From positions 1-64,000 of the forward strand of contig NIVC01001928.1 of NCBI GenBank assembly GCA_002269645.1: a stretch of 64,000 nt of DNA. The letters are read 5' to 3'. Under the pieces are notes generated by a model that was not told the origin of the DNA, searched no databases, and saw only the letters and a program-made list of their open reading frames with translations. Below are positions 1-11,010 of this stretch, piece after piece. How positions within the stretch are numbered: the first letter of the stretch is position 1; the number at the start of each line of letters is the position of its first letter. The DNA is from Macrostomum lignano. Its lineage: Eukaryota. The position numbers and the translations under genes are program-made.

Positions 1-108
1 GTCTGCCGCCGACTCGCGTGACCGACTTCGGCTGCACTGTCAATGCCACCAGCGGCCGGCTGCGGATGCGCTGCGACCTCCGTGGCGACCAGCTGGACAG
101 TGGCGCTG
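1..108 (+). CDS. CLCA: CLCA-like protein, penultimate exon (5'-truncated by window), start of FnIII-like region
   Basis: Frame 3 reads LPPTRVTDFGCTVNATSGRLRMRCDLRGDQLDSGA, resembling the CLCA motif FPPxxITDL...LxWTAPGDDxDxG. GTGGGT donor at 109, phase 1, matches the next exon. Confidence 0.8.
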
Positions 109-329
109 GTGGGTTCTGTGTGGATTGCGCATGGCTGCTGATTGGGCATTGTGTGTCTCAGTAGTCTCAGTAGTCATTTGTCTTTCGTGTCTGCGTGCCC
201 TTCGATTCTACCTTGAAATTCTACTCTTACTTTTACCTCTATTTGTGTTGAAAACTTTTTTCGATGGTGTCTCCAGTGTTTGTGTTGTCGGGCTGTATTC
301 CTTTTATGTCTTCAAGAATTTTCTTCTGT

Positions 330-1062
330 GTCCTATTATGTGTCTTTACCATGTGTCTTCCGGTCTTCCAATTGTTTCTTTCTGTGTTCTCGAGTCTTCA
401 GTTGTGTCTTCGTGTGTATTTCTGTGTTCTCGAGTCTTCCAGTTGTGTCTTTAGTATGTGTCCTCCGGTCTTCCATTTTTTCCAAGGACTACTTAAGTAG
501 ATATATACGTTACTTTAGTCATCCTTGATTTTGTCTTTATGTATTCTCCATTCTTCGAATTGTGTCTTTAATGTGTGTTCTCCGGTCTTCCAATTGTGTC
601 TTTATTTTGTCTTCCGGTCTTTCAATTGTGTCTTTAATTTGTGTCTTCCGTCTTCCAATTGTGTCTTTAATTTGTCTTCCGGTCTTCCAATTGTGTCTTT
701 AATTTGTCTTCCGGTCTTCCAATTGTGTCTTTAATTTGTCTTCCGGTCTTTCAATTGTGTCTTTAATTTGTGTCTTCCGTCTTCCAATTGTGTCTTTAAT
801 TTGTCTTCCGGTCTTCCAATTGTGTCTTTAATGTGTCTTCCGTCTTCCAATTTTGTGTCTTTATTTTGTCTTCCGGTCTTTCAATTGTGTCTTTAATTTG
901 TGTCTTCCGTCTTCCAATTGTGTCTTTAATTTGTCTTCTAGTCTTCCAATTGTGTCTTTAATTTGTGTTCCTCGGTCTTCCAATTGTGTCTTTAATATGT
1001 GTCTTCCGGTCTTCCAATTGTGTCTTTAATATGTGTCCTCCAGTCTTCCAATTGTGTCTTGA
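330..1062. repeat. Intronic ~32-bp minisatellite (GTGTCTTTAATTTGTCTTCCGGTCTTCCAATT), degenerate on the left
   Basis: Period 32-33 read directly (GTGTC at 661 and 693). Lies in the CLCA intron. Confidence 0.9.
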
Positions 1063-1098
1063 ATATGTATCTGATTGTATCGCCTGCCATCTCTCCAG

Positions 1099-2081
1099 CA
1101 AGCCGCTACTTGATTCGAGCATCCGCCAACCGCAGCCTGCTGGAGCTCGACTTCGCATCAGCAGACGACGTAGGGGCGGCCGCCCAGCTGCCCTCGGTGC
1201 CCTCCGGGCAGCCCATGACGCTGGAAGTTGCAGCTGCCGACGAGCTGCCCAGCTACCCATCCGTCACATTCTACCTGGCAGTGCGGGCCAACAACTCAGC
1301 AGGCGTGCTCAGCCAGCTGTCCAATGTGGCTGCCGTGCAGCTGACCATGCCCGACAATCTGGCTGAGATTGGCGTCGACGTTGGGGGCGAAAGCTCAACA
1401 TCTAGCACAGAATCCAGCACGACATCTAGCTCAGAATCCAGCACGGCATCTAGTACAGAATCCAGCACGACATCTAGCACAGAATCCAGCACGACATCTA
1501 GTACAGAATCCAGCACGACATCTAGCTCAGAATCCAGCACGGCATCTACTACAGAATCCAGCACGAAATCTAGCTCAGAATCCAGCACGACATCTAGCTC
1601 AGAATCCAGCACGACATCTAGCTCAGAATCCAGCACGACATCTAGCTCAGAATCCAGCACGGCATCTACTACAGAATCCAGCACGACATCTAGCTCAGAA
1701 TCCAGCACGGCATCTACTCCAAAATCCCACACGACATCTAGCTCAGAATCCAGCACGACATCTAGCTCAGAATCCAGCACGGCATCTACTCCAAAATCCC
1801 ACACGACATCTAGCTCAGAATCCAGCACGACATCTAGCTCAGAATCCAGCACGACATCTAGCTCAGAATCCAGCACGACATCTAGCACAGAATCCAGCAC
1901 GACAACAGGGCTGGATTCTAGTAAACACAGTCAGAGTTGGTGGTCATACATGGTAATTGTTTTGGCCCTAATTTTCGCACCTTCAATTGCAGCATTATTA
2001 GGGTTGTTCTTACTGTTTGTTCACTCGAAACTCCCGAGCAGAAGCCTTCATCTACGCAATAAAAAAGTATATCCAATCTGA
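1099..2081 (+). CDS. CLCA: CLCA-like terminal exon: FnIII-like C-terminal domain, Ser/Thr/Glu repeat stalk, TM helix, short tail
   Basis: CTCTCCAG acceptor; G|CA joins to ASRYLIRAS...FYLAVRANNSAGVLSQLSNVA, like CLCA AxxYIIRxS...FIAIQAVD..xLxSEISNIA. Hydrophobic WWSYMVIVLALIFAPSIAALLGLFLLFV. TGA at 2079-2081. Confidence 0.85.
1389..1907 (+). repeat. Coding 24-bp tandem repeat (ESSTTSSS-type octapeptide, ~21 copies)
   Basis: Unit AGAATCCAGCACGACATCTAGCTC keeps the frame inside the CLCA exon. Confidence 0.95.
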
Positions 2082-2141
2082 TTGCTACCTGATCATGGGA
2101 TTCCTAAACTCACTATATTTTTTCTAGTCTGTATGTTTGTA

Positions 2142-2147
2142 AATAAA
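2142..2147 (+). terminator. Polyadenylation signal of the CLCA-like gene
   Basis: AATAAA about 60 nt after the stop codon. Confidence 0.55.
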
Positions 2148-2326
2148 AGTGAATATTTTACTGAACCGTTTCTCGAAGTGCGAAAGCTCCGCAGAAAATC
2201 CAAAAGTCTGCCATGTCAGAAGTGAAAAAAATCTATCAGACAGACCCGATTATTTTAAATTTTACTATTCTTTAACTGTATCATTGTTTTGTATTTGGAA
2301 GTCCTTTGTAGTGATCCGCTAGTTGA

Positions 2327-3034
2327 TGTTAGGCGTCCCGCTTTGTCAGCAGTCTCCCTCGCCCTCGCCCTGGGTTGCTGTCTGCCGCTGGTCAGCTTCC
2401 CACCCCCCTTGGCCCGTCTGTTGCTCCCCTTGGCCTGTTCTGCCCTTCTGCGTCTCTGTTCTCAGCCCTCAGCTTCTCTGCTGTGGTCTGTCTCTGTTTC
2501 GTTCCCGTCCCGTTTTCCTCTGTCATGTGAGCAAGTCACATGACAGACTCTGCGTTCTTCGAGTCCTAAAGTGCAGTAAACATGTTTACTGCACTCGTTG
2601 GCCCTGTTTACGGGAGAATCACGTGCTTTCGGACCCCTCCCTTCTCTAAGGAGAGGAGTGACTCATGTTGCTAAAAATAGCAACTGAGTCACAGCCGCGT
2701 GTACCCTGGCCGGAGACCTCAAGTGACGTCAGTTCTAAAAATAGAACGAGTCACGAGGTCTTGCGCGCACTGAGACCCTGCCTCGAGATCTCAAGTGACG
2801 TCAGTTCTAAAAATAGAACAAGTCACGAGGTCTTGTGCGTGGGTGTTTCCCGGCTATAAATAGGACCCCTCTCCCCTTGTTTCCGTCAAGGAATTGAATT
2901 GGCTTCTTATCTGCGGAGAATTCACTAAGATCCCGTGTGCGTCAGTGTCTAACTAAGTGCCCTTTGCGTACTGAATCCGTTTGTACTGGTCTGACTGAGA
3001 CCCCACTAAAGCCCAAGCCTAAGGGAGGCTAACA
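2327..3034 (+). mobile_element. LTR-like segment (possible 5' or solo LTR)
   Basis: TGTTAG...CTAACA terminal inverted 6-mers, internal 72-bp enhancer-like duplication, TATA box at 2854-2863, and a tRNA-Leu-type PBS-like TGGTGGCAGC at 3191-3200. Against: no TSD, and the PBS-like motif is ~155 nt from the proposed end. Confidence 0.4.
2659..2863 (+). promoter_or_regulatory. MEF2 / CRE / AP-1 motif cluster plus TATA box
   Basis: CTAAAAATAG at 2671, 2735 and 2807; TGACGTCA at 2724 and 2796; TGACTCA at 2659 and TGAGTCA at 2685; CTATAAATAG at 2854. Confidence 0.6.
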
Positions 3035-3357
3035 CTGCCTTCCCAGTCACCCCTGAGCCCGGCGGGGATCTGCTGATCAGGACGCCTTGTTCATTAATCT
3101 GCAAATCTGCACTAGGTGCTGTGTTCGTTGACTTCGTTATTTCGTTCCGACGGGAAGCTCACCTCACCGAAGGCCGAGACCTGAAGGAACTGGTGGCAGC
3201 ACTACCTACGCTACTGAGAGTTGAGAGAACTTCCCACTGAAGAGGCTCAAGATTAAGGTAATCCGCAAGGGCCTAAACCGGGAAGAAAACCCCATCTATT
3301 TCACCTTGCTGGTAAATTCCTAGTCTAAAAGTCTTTGAAGGAAGGAAGTCCTTGCAC

Positions 3358-3720
3358 CCAATATACACGCAGGCGTGAGGTGGGTTTCGTGAGGGTCGGA
3401 ATGAGTCCCTTACCCCACAGGAAATTTTCAGCAATGTACATTCAATACTGCATGCGCGGGGCGTGAGGTGGGTGTCGGGAGGTTGAGAATGAGTCCCTTA
3501 CCCCACTGATAATTTTCAGCAATGTACATCCAATACTGTACACATGGGGCGTGAGGTGGGTGTCGGGAGGGTTTGAATGCGTCCCTTACCCCACTGATAA
3601 TTTTCAGCAATGTACATCCAATACTGTACACATGGGGCGTGAGGTGGGTTTCGTGAGGGTTGGAATGAGTCCTTTACCCCACAGGTAATTTTCAGCAATG
3701 TACATCCAAAACTGTACACG
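3358..3720. repeat. 88-bp tandem repeat, ~4 copies
   Basis: CAATACTG recurs at 3443, 3531 and 3619. Confidence 0.9.
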
Positions 3721-4305
3721 CGGGACGCGGAGTGTGAGGTGGCTGTAAGGATAATTGGAGCCTGTCATATAGTCTTGAATGTACATGTACGAACGTATGC
3801 AGTATCAATATAAAGACTCCGAATAATACAAAGTACGAAGGCGGAGATTAAATTTTCCTGATGGTAGAAAAGTGCCAATTGATTTCAGTGCGGTGGACAA
3901 AATCGGCTCCCGTGTTGTCTCGATAAATTATTAACAGAAGCCTATATCGCATTTAAGCAAAGTTCAAGGGTGTGAAGTTAATTCGATGCATTCTAAGGGG
4001 TGCTTGTGTCTTGTTTAAATAGCCTAGATGTAATAACATGTTATCCGATGGGACAGTGCCGCAGGTGAAGGATGCAGCATGCCCCATTATGTAGCCCTGT
4101 GGATGCCAAGTGTTATCTTCCCTACTTTTAGTGTAATTATTAGCGCTGGTAGGTGATAATTACATGTAGACTCTGACACATATCATTCTTTTACTGCGCT
4201 TTGTTCAAATAATACGGATTTAGAAGGAATAGAAGGAATTAAGAGCGAACTACTACGAGAAACAGATTATAAATAAGATGGGAATACCAGAATTAAAAGT
4301 GAAGG

Positions 4306-4307
<2 letters not shown>

Positions 4308-4338
<31 letters not shown>

Positions 4339-4353
4339 TTGGGAGCGAGTGCA

Positions 4354-4392
<39 letters not shown>

Positions 4393-4491
4393 TTAGGAGC
4401 GAGTGCAAGAGTGAGAGTGAGAGTGAGAGTGAGATTAGGAGCGAGTGCAAGAGTGAGAGTGAGAGTGAGAGTGAGATTGGGAGCGAGTGCA

Positions 4492-4546
<55 letters not shown>

Positions 4547-4592
4547 CAACGAGATTGAGAGTGACAGTGAGATTGAGAGTGAGGGTGAGAGT
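4308..4592. repeat. (GAGAGT)n microsatellite with interspersed GATTRGGAGCGAGTGCAA units
   Basis: Read directly. Confidence 0.95.
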
Positions 4593-5694
4593 TGAGAGAG
4601 CAAAAGGCGAGCAAAAGGCGAGCTAAAAGTGGCAATAAGCAAACACGGGCAGAAAGCAAAAGTTGTATTTGCAAAGTTGAATAAAAGTTTTCAAAGATGC
4701 AAAACAGACCAGCAATGCGACTTCGGCGCTACCAGGAGCTCGTATCCTGCATTGCAGTGACGAAACTCTATTGGGAGTGGAGCATGCGGTGCTGTTTGTG
4801 TTTTTGGCGCAAATTCAAATTGACGCAGCGGCAAAATCAGCAGCCAGAGAGAGAGCGTGAGACAGAGAACAGAAAAATTGAAATCCCACGCAAGCGTGAC
4901 AGGCGAATGGCGCAGGATGTCGGCTAGAAAATCAATCCTCATCACGATGTGTCGCGGCGGGGAAAGGAAGAGAGGCCGGCATGGCGGAATCCGTATGCAA
5001 GTCAAATCTCCAGTCTGGGCCAAAATCTCTCCATGCTCTGGCCGAGATCAAAATCGAGTCTTCAATTTTCTGCCAACAGGAATTCGGCTGACCGATTGGG
5101 GGCCGAGAGCAGCAGATGGACTGGCGGTTGTCTGCCCGCTAGCTGAAGTAGGCGCTGCTCACTTTGAGTACAATGGCCCCCTGGGGCGCACGGGGCTCAA
5201 GACTGAAGAAATATTCTTTACTCACTCGCCAACTAAAATATTCGGTTGGTTTTTGAACGGTAAAGGAGTTTTAGCAGGATTGAATAAATCCCCTCTCAGG
5301 AGAAAGTTCATCTCAGTTATTTTTGTAGCGTCCCCCAAGTAGCCAGCGTCTGATCGCAGCTGATTAATATTCATGTCAACTTTTAATGGAAATCTACACG
5401 ATGTTAGAAATTATCTGAGCGAGCTCCGGTTGGCTTGCATTAATCTTTAAAACCAGTTAATTGTTGCCAAAATGTACAGTTAGATGCACTGGGACTTATT
5501 CTGTTTGTTTCCTGGCATAGTCTGGTTTTGGACGAGCCATCCGGATGGCTGATCCTTCTGAGAGGGGGTTGAAACGGAAAAATTAAAACGGCTAAAAAGA
5601 GAGAAATCCCAAGGGATGAGGCTAAAACAGCAGGTCCACCTTGAGAACACTGAATTTAAATCTTGCCCTACAAGGCACCGCACCATACGGGAGC

Positions 5695-6316
5695 CAAGGT
5701 TTTGTTTTTACGGGGCTCAAATATTCGCACTGCAACGGTGGCAATTCAGCCGTGACCAAATTACGCATGCATGTGAGCATGCTTAATGTTTTGTTTATCC
5801 AGTGCCATGCAGTTGCCCCGTGATAAAAGATGACATTGTGGACTTTTAAATGAGTATTTACTATCGGGCTGGCGTTCTTAGTCACTCGGGCCACCCCCGC
5901 AACGGGATGATGGTCAAAGGCTGGACGGGTCCTCACTGGCCCCCTTGCCCATGGCCTCAACCCCTACTGACGTTTTCACGACTCGGATCAACCAGTGGGT
6001 GGCATCCAAGCACAGGAAGAGGCGGACTAAGGTCCCGACTGTCGGCAGTCCCGCGCTGCCGTCCCCTGTCCCTCTTCCGTCCTCGGACTCAACATCAGGG
6101 CGGTAAGTAGCCTCCTTGGGACCACCCTTACCTTCCAAAGAAAAATCCGTAGTGAGGAATACCCATTCTGCCTCTTCGGTGTTGAGAATCTGCAATCGTC
6201 TTGCCTTTACTCAAGACAGGCTCGCCTTCCTCGGCCCAAACCTGGACCTCTCCGACGTTTTCAGGCCCAACAATTTCTGCCATTTCCTCCGCTACCTAAG
6301 GGAGCCCCCCTTCTGA
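5695..6316 (+). mobile_element. Decayed non-LTR retrotransposon 3' fragment (RNase H plus C-terminal zinc-knuckle region; R1/LOA/I-like)
   Basis: Frameshifted remnants in the expected order: FVFT(D)GSK, (W)VLSHSGHPRN, RINQWVASKHRKR-TKVP(D)CRQSR, NIRAVSSLLG, YPFCLFGVENLQ, RLAFLGPNLDLSDVF...FLRYLREPPF*. Confidence 0.7.
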
Positions 6317-6483
6317 GAGAGAACTATTTCAACTTCCATTTGAAGCAGCAGGACAGTCGAAAAATGTCTTATTCGCCATCGCACCCGATTCCAACTGCCT
6401 GTGGTCTGTGGGCGGCTGGAGTAGCCCATCTCGGGGTGTGCGGTATGTGCGATTTTGAGTGCGTAATTATCTTAACCATAGTT

Positions 6484-7245
6484 CTATAGAGAGCGCGAGT
6501 TCTAGAGAGCGCGAGAGAGCGCGAGTTCCATAGACAGCGCAAGTTCTAGAGAGCGCGAGAGAGCGCGAGTTCCATAGACAGCGCGAGTTCCATAGACAGC
6601 GCGAGTTCCATAGACAGCACGAGTTCCATAGACAGCGCGAGTTTCATAGACAGCAGAGTTCCATTGACAGCACGAGTTCCATAGACAGCACGAGTTTCAT
6701 AGACAGCACGAGTTCCATTGACAGCACGAGTTCCATAGACAGCACGAGTTCCATAGACAGCGCGAGTTCCATAGACTGCACGAGTTTCATAGACAGCAGA
6801 GTTCCATAGACAGCACGAGTTCCATAGACTGCACGAGTTCCATAGACAGCGCGAGTTCCATTGACAGCACGAGTTCCATAGACAGCACGAGTTCCATAGA
6901 CAGCACGATTTCAATTGACAGAAAGTGTTTCATAGACAGCACGAGTTTCATAGACAGCAGAGTTCCATAGACTGCACGAGTTCCATAGACAGCACGAGTT
7001 CCATTGACAGCACGAGTTCCATAGACAGCACGAGTTTCATAGACAGCAGAGTTCCATAGACTGCACGAGTTCCATAGACAGCACGAGTTCCATTGACAGC
7101 ACGAGTTCCATAGACAGCACGAGTTCCATAGACAGCACGAGTTCCATAGACAGCACGATTTCAATTGACAGAAAGTGTTTCATAGACAGCACGAGTTTCA
7201 TAGACAGCACGAGTTTCATAGACAGCACGAGTTTCATAGACAGCA
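6484..7245. repeat. 18-bp minisatellite (TTCCATAGACAGCACGAG), ~40 copies
   Basis: Period 18; produces the spurious MELVLS-repeat ORFs. Confidence 0.95.
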
Positions 7246-7866
7246 GATACGAGTACAACATATACAGCACACCTAAGCAATACTAAAAATGTAAGCAACT
7301 AGTTAACAACGTCTGTGAACTACGAGCGTATAATGTAAAACTTTGTAGTCTTTAATACTAACTCATCAATTCTTCTGCTACGTTTCGACCCTGCTTCTCA
7401 TTGTTTCACTAACGGACGCTAGATTGACCTTTCTAAACTCAAGCCCAAGCCAGTCTCAGCAGCTCGAACGCGCCCCAATAAATTCCATCTAAACTGATGC
7501 ACTTCAGAACAATGAGAAGCGCGCGCCCGAGACCGCTACCGAGACCGGTGCAGGCAGCGAGGCAGCCAATCCTTGCCTAGCTGGGAAAGAGGAGGGGATC
7601 GCGGATCGGGACTTCGCTGGCCAAGGGTTGGCCATCGATTTAGCCTGGCTGACGGCGAGCACTGCGGGCTCAGGCCTGGCTGAGAGAGACAGAGAAAGTT
7701 GCGAGTATAGCCTGCGCTTACAGGTAACTGGTCGCATATTTTAACAAACCTGCATAGTAACAGGAGTTGATCGGGTCAGCACGGGAGATACGCTGTGTTT
7801 GGATAGCTTGAATATCAAGCTAGTTAAAGGAGCGAGAGATCAGGAAGGAGAGAGGCACAGCGGACA

Positions 7867-8739
7867 ATGGACCCGAAAAGCGATATGCTGGAGAGGGCGC
7901 TGGAGGAGGCGGACGATTCCGACTGGCGCACCGATCTCGGAGGCGACCCTGTTGAGCAGCGGCGGCAGCTAGGTAGTAAGTCGAAAAGCCGGCACAACTA
8001 TCGCAGGCGGATGCTGTGCGCCAATTTGCAGAGCTTTGCGCACAGGACGTCCGCGCACGGGCTTGGCAGATTCTTCTCGCAGCAGGTGCCCTGGCTGCGG
8101 GGGCTGTGGGCTCTGGTGGTGTTCGGAGCCATGACTGGCCTCACGCTGCACACCTACAAGCAGATCAGCCTGTTTCGAGCCTATCCGGTGTCCAGCACGA
8201 CCAGGCTGCTCACCAACCGGTTCACCTTCCCGGATGTGACATTCTGCGATCCGCTGATGAAGAAATTCTTTACCATAGGCTCCAGACAGCTGCGCAGCGA
8301 CGTGAACAGAAACAATTACTTTGTGGCCAACTACATGCTGGGCTACCTGGTGTCGGATGAAGAACGAGACGACGAGGCCAGCAGCCGCGTCAAAGCCATC
8401 AAACTGGCCTACGCAACCTTTGAGCACGCGGTGCACACCTGGCCAAAGTTCAACATGACAGCCGCCAGCGCAAGGATATTCGACATGCTGCTGTACTGCC
8501 AGTACAATCAGGAGCGATGCACAGGTAAAAATTTCACAGTGTTCTACCACCGGGACTATGGCAACTGCTTCTCGTTCAAGGCTACTAACAGGTTTATTCG
8601 GTCCAGCGGAGTGGAGAAAGGCCTCGTCCTGGTATTGTACAGTCCCAGCGTCGACGTCAAGCAGAGCATCGACTATTACAGCGACACCGTGACGACGGGA
8701 CTGGAGACCGGCGGGCTCAGGGTGGCCGTGCACCAACAG
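7867..8739 (+). CDS. DEG/ENaC (ASIC/FaNaC-like) sodium channel, first coding exon; partial gene
   Basis: FAHRTSAHG (conserved HG motif), TM1 WLRGLWALVVFGAMTGLTLH, YPV..., FPDVTFC, CQYNQERC...YGNCFSF, GLVLVLY, GLRVAVHQQ, then CAG|GTGAGT donor at 8740. Confidence 0.92.
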
Positions 8740-9205
8740 GTGAGTTCCTTAATTTCCTGACCCAGACTTTCCAGCCCTGTCTCTTTGATTCCTTCTTCCT
8801 TCCTGCCTTCGAGGACAACAATAATAGCTTGTAGCCGCAGAAACGTAATCTTTCAAAACGTTTCGTTCCCGACATCAGCTTTTGGACGGGATCCCGTCCG
8901 AGCACTGAACTCAGTTCACTTGTGGTCAAAACTTTGTACGGCACCCGCAGTTGTCTGGTATCAGATTGTCGTTTGACCTCAGCGCGTGCAAGGATGCTGG
9001 CATTGTGCAGTGCAAGCGCACAATGAAAAATGACAATTGCGTACGCTCGTATTCATCGGACATTTGCCTTTGACTTTGCCTTTGACTATTCCTGTGTACA
9101 CTCCTACTTGCTAACTTTTGGAAAACCCATGATGACAAAAGTACATCTGGGGTGTAGATGGGTGATAGTTTGGTTTGAGGGCCCTAAAGGGGCTTGATAA
9201 GGGAC

Positions 9206-9560
9206 AATGACAGCTTGTGTCGATGGTTTTGGAGAAAGAAATGGTAGATTGTGTCTATGGTTTTGGAGGTAGACAATGGTAGATTGTGTCTATGGTTTTG
9301 GAGGTAGACAATGGTAGATTGTGTCTATGGCTTTGGAGTCAGACAATGGTAGATTGTGTCTATGGTTTTGGAGGTAGACAATGGTAGATTGTGTCTATGG
9401 TTTTGGAGGCAGACAATGGTAGATTGTGTCTATGGCTTTGGAGGCAGACAATGGTAGATTGTGTCTATGTTTTTGGAGGTATACAATGGTAGATTGTGTC
9501 TATGGTTTTGGAGGCAGACAATGGTAGATTGTGTCTATGGTTTTAGAGGCAGAAAATGGT
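9206..9560. repeat. 35-bp minisatellite (ATGGTAGATTGTGTCTATGGTTTTGGAGGCAGACA), ~9 copies
   Basis: ATGGT at 9241 and 9276. Confidence 0.95.
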
Positions 9561-10708
9561 TAATTTTTCAGGAGTGGTGAAGAAAAGAGTGACTGAAGTT
9601 AATCATTGCCTATAATAAAACCATGGGCCGTATGCAGAAAGCCTAGTCCAGACTAGCTAGTCCGGACTTGGGTAGTTCAGTCTATAGTCTATGGTCTAGC
9701 TACCCTAGTTCTGCTATAGTAGACTGGTCTAACTTTGTGTTTCTGCATACCAAATCCAAGTCCAGACTAGCTTTTCAAGACCGGACTACCCTAGACAGAG
9801 CTACCCTAGTGAGACCCAAAGGCATCAGTGTGGAAGAGGTTAAGCACATTGTCTCATCAAATCATTTTTAGTAGCCGTACGTAAGGATTTCAAAGCTTTG
9901 AATAATGAGCGTACTGAGAGAGATGCTATGACCAATGCGTCCCTATGACAACAGTTGGTTTCTCAAAAAGGTGTTCTAACTCCTAAAATCTTTGATCCAA
10001 TAAACAGTTGTAGAAGCAGCCGTGTTCAATTGCTCATACAAGTGCTCTTAATTACAAAACCTTCCTGACTAAAGCTGCATATATAGAGTTCGGTCATTAA
10101 TTGGTGTTGTTAAAGTGGATAATCTGACGGGGAACACGATGGAACAGCGGACACTACTGACCCCAATGCAGCTGGGGGGGGGGGGGCAGTCCTAGCTCAC
10201 TCTCTCCCTGGCAACCTAATCGATGCCCGAGCTTTGAACCGAACTCCCAGTCGTAAAAACGTTTCAACTTGAAATTAGCGATTTCATTTACTCGCTTAGG
10301 AAGCGAGCAAGAGGGAGAAACACAAACTTAGCAAATTATCGTCACAAAATCGAAGCCTGTCGTGTTTCGCGGCAAATTTTATAACACAGCGTTTACTGAG
10401 AATCGCATGCCGACTAAATTGTCGGCATTTGGCCGCAACAAGCGGATCAAACAGTGCCGGCACGAGCAGCAGCTCCCAGCATGATTGCTGCGGCCTCGGC
10501 TTGCCGACGCCGGCGCTTCCCAATGTCCGGATTGGAGGCCAGAATGCTGGCCTCACTGTCACGCCCCAATGCCTAATTTGACTTTTATTATGACTCAATG
10601 AATTTTTATGTACGCTCGTAGATTAACGCGAAACTTTCAAACAAGAACAAAATGTAGTTTTTTTAAGGCTGATCGAACCCCTTTCTTCCTCATGCCCAGT
10701 TTTCTGAA

Positions 10709-11010
10709 CAATAATAATAACTGAGTACACCTGACCAAATTGGGCCAGACGTGCAACCGACAGCTCAGCCGCAGCTATTGCGCGGTGCATCTGAAAGCTG
10801 CGTACGGCTGTTCAGTCCAAGGACTGGGGGTCGCCACACACTGTCAATTCCATGTACCCCATCTGGCACCCATTTTACTGCTGGGTTAACTGAAGCAATG
10901 CAGAGTTTAGTGTCTTGCTCAAGGACAAAAATTGTTCTGACTGGGTTGAGATTCGAACCCCCGACCTTTCAGTCGTGAGTTCGACGCTCTTACCACTAGG
11001 CTACAACCCC
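10709..11010 (-). mobile_element. tRNA-derived SINE with MIR/CORE-like central domain and (TTA)n tail
   Basis: Minus strand: A-box GTAGCCTAGTGG, B-box GGTTCGAATC, then TGTCCTTGAGCAAGACACT...CTTCAGTTAACCCAGCAGTAAAATGGG, which resembles the MIR core. Second copy at 61466. Confidence 0.85.

Noticed and set aside
1271-1956. Alternative-frame ORFs (VLDSELDV and AQNPARHL repeats)
   Set aside because: Shadows of the CLCA coding repeat; only the S/T frame connects to the CLCA domain and TM helix.
4278-4626. SE-rich or RV-rich protein ORFs
   Set aside because: These are translations of a (GAGAGT)n microsatellite with no splice or domain support.
4691-5342. LINE endonuclease remnant (PVTLAWDFNF resembling ILAGDFN)
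   Set aside because: Single short motif with no other APE motifs in order.
7360-7520. Penelope-like pLTR or hammerhead (CGAAACGT on the minus strand; 13-bp inverted repeat at ~7393 and ~7508)
   Set aside because: No CTGANGA core in the right position and no recognisable RT or GIY-YIG sequence nearby.
7507-7723. Open plus-strand frame ending at CAG|GTAACT, upstream of the DEG/ENaC exon
   Set aside because: It could be a 5' exon, but there is no family motif and no clear acceptor before 7867, so it is not supportable.
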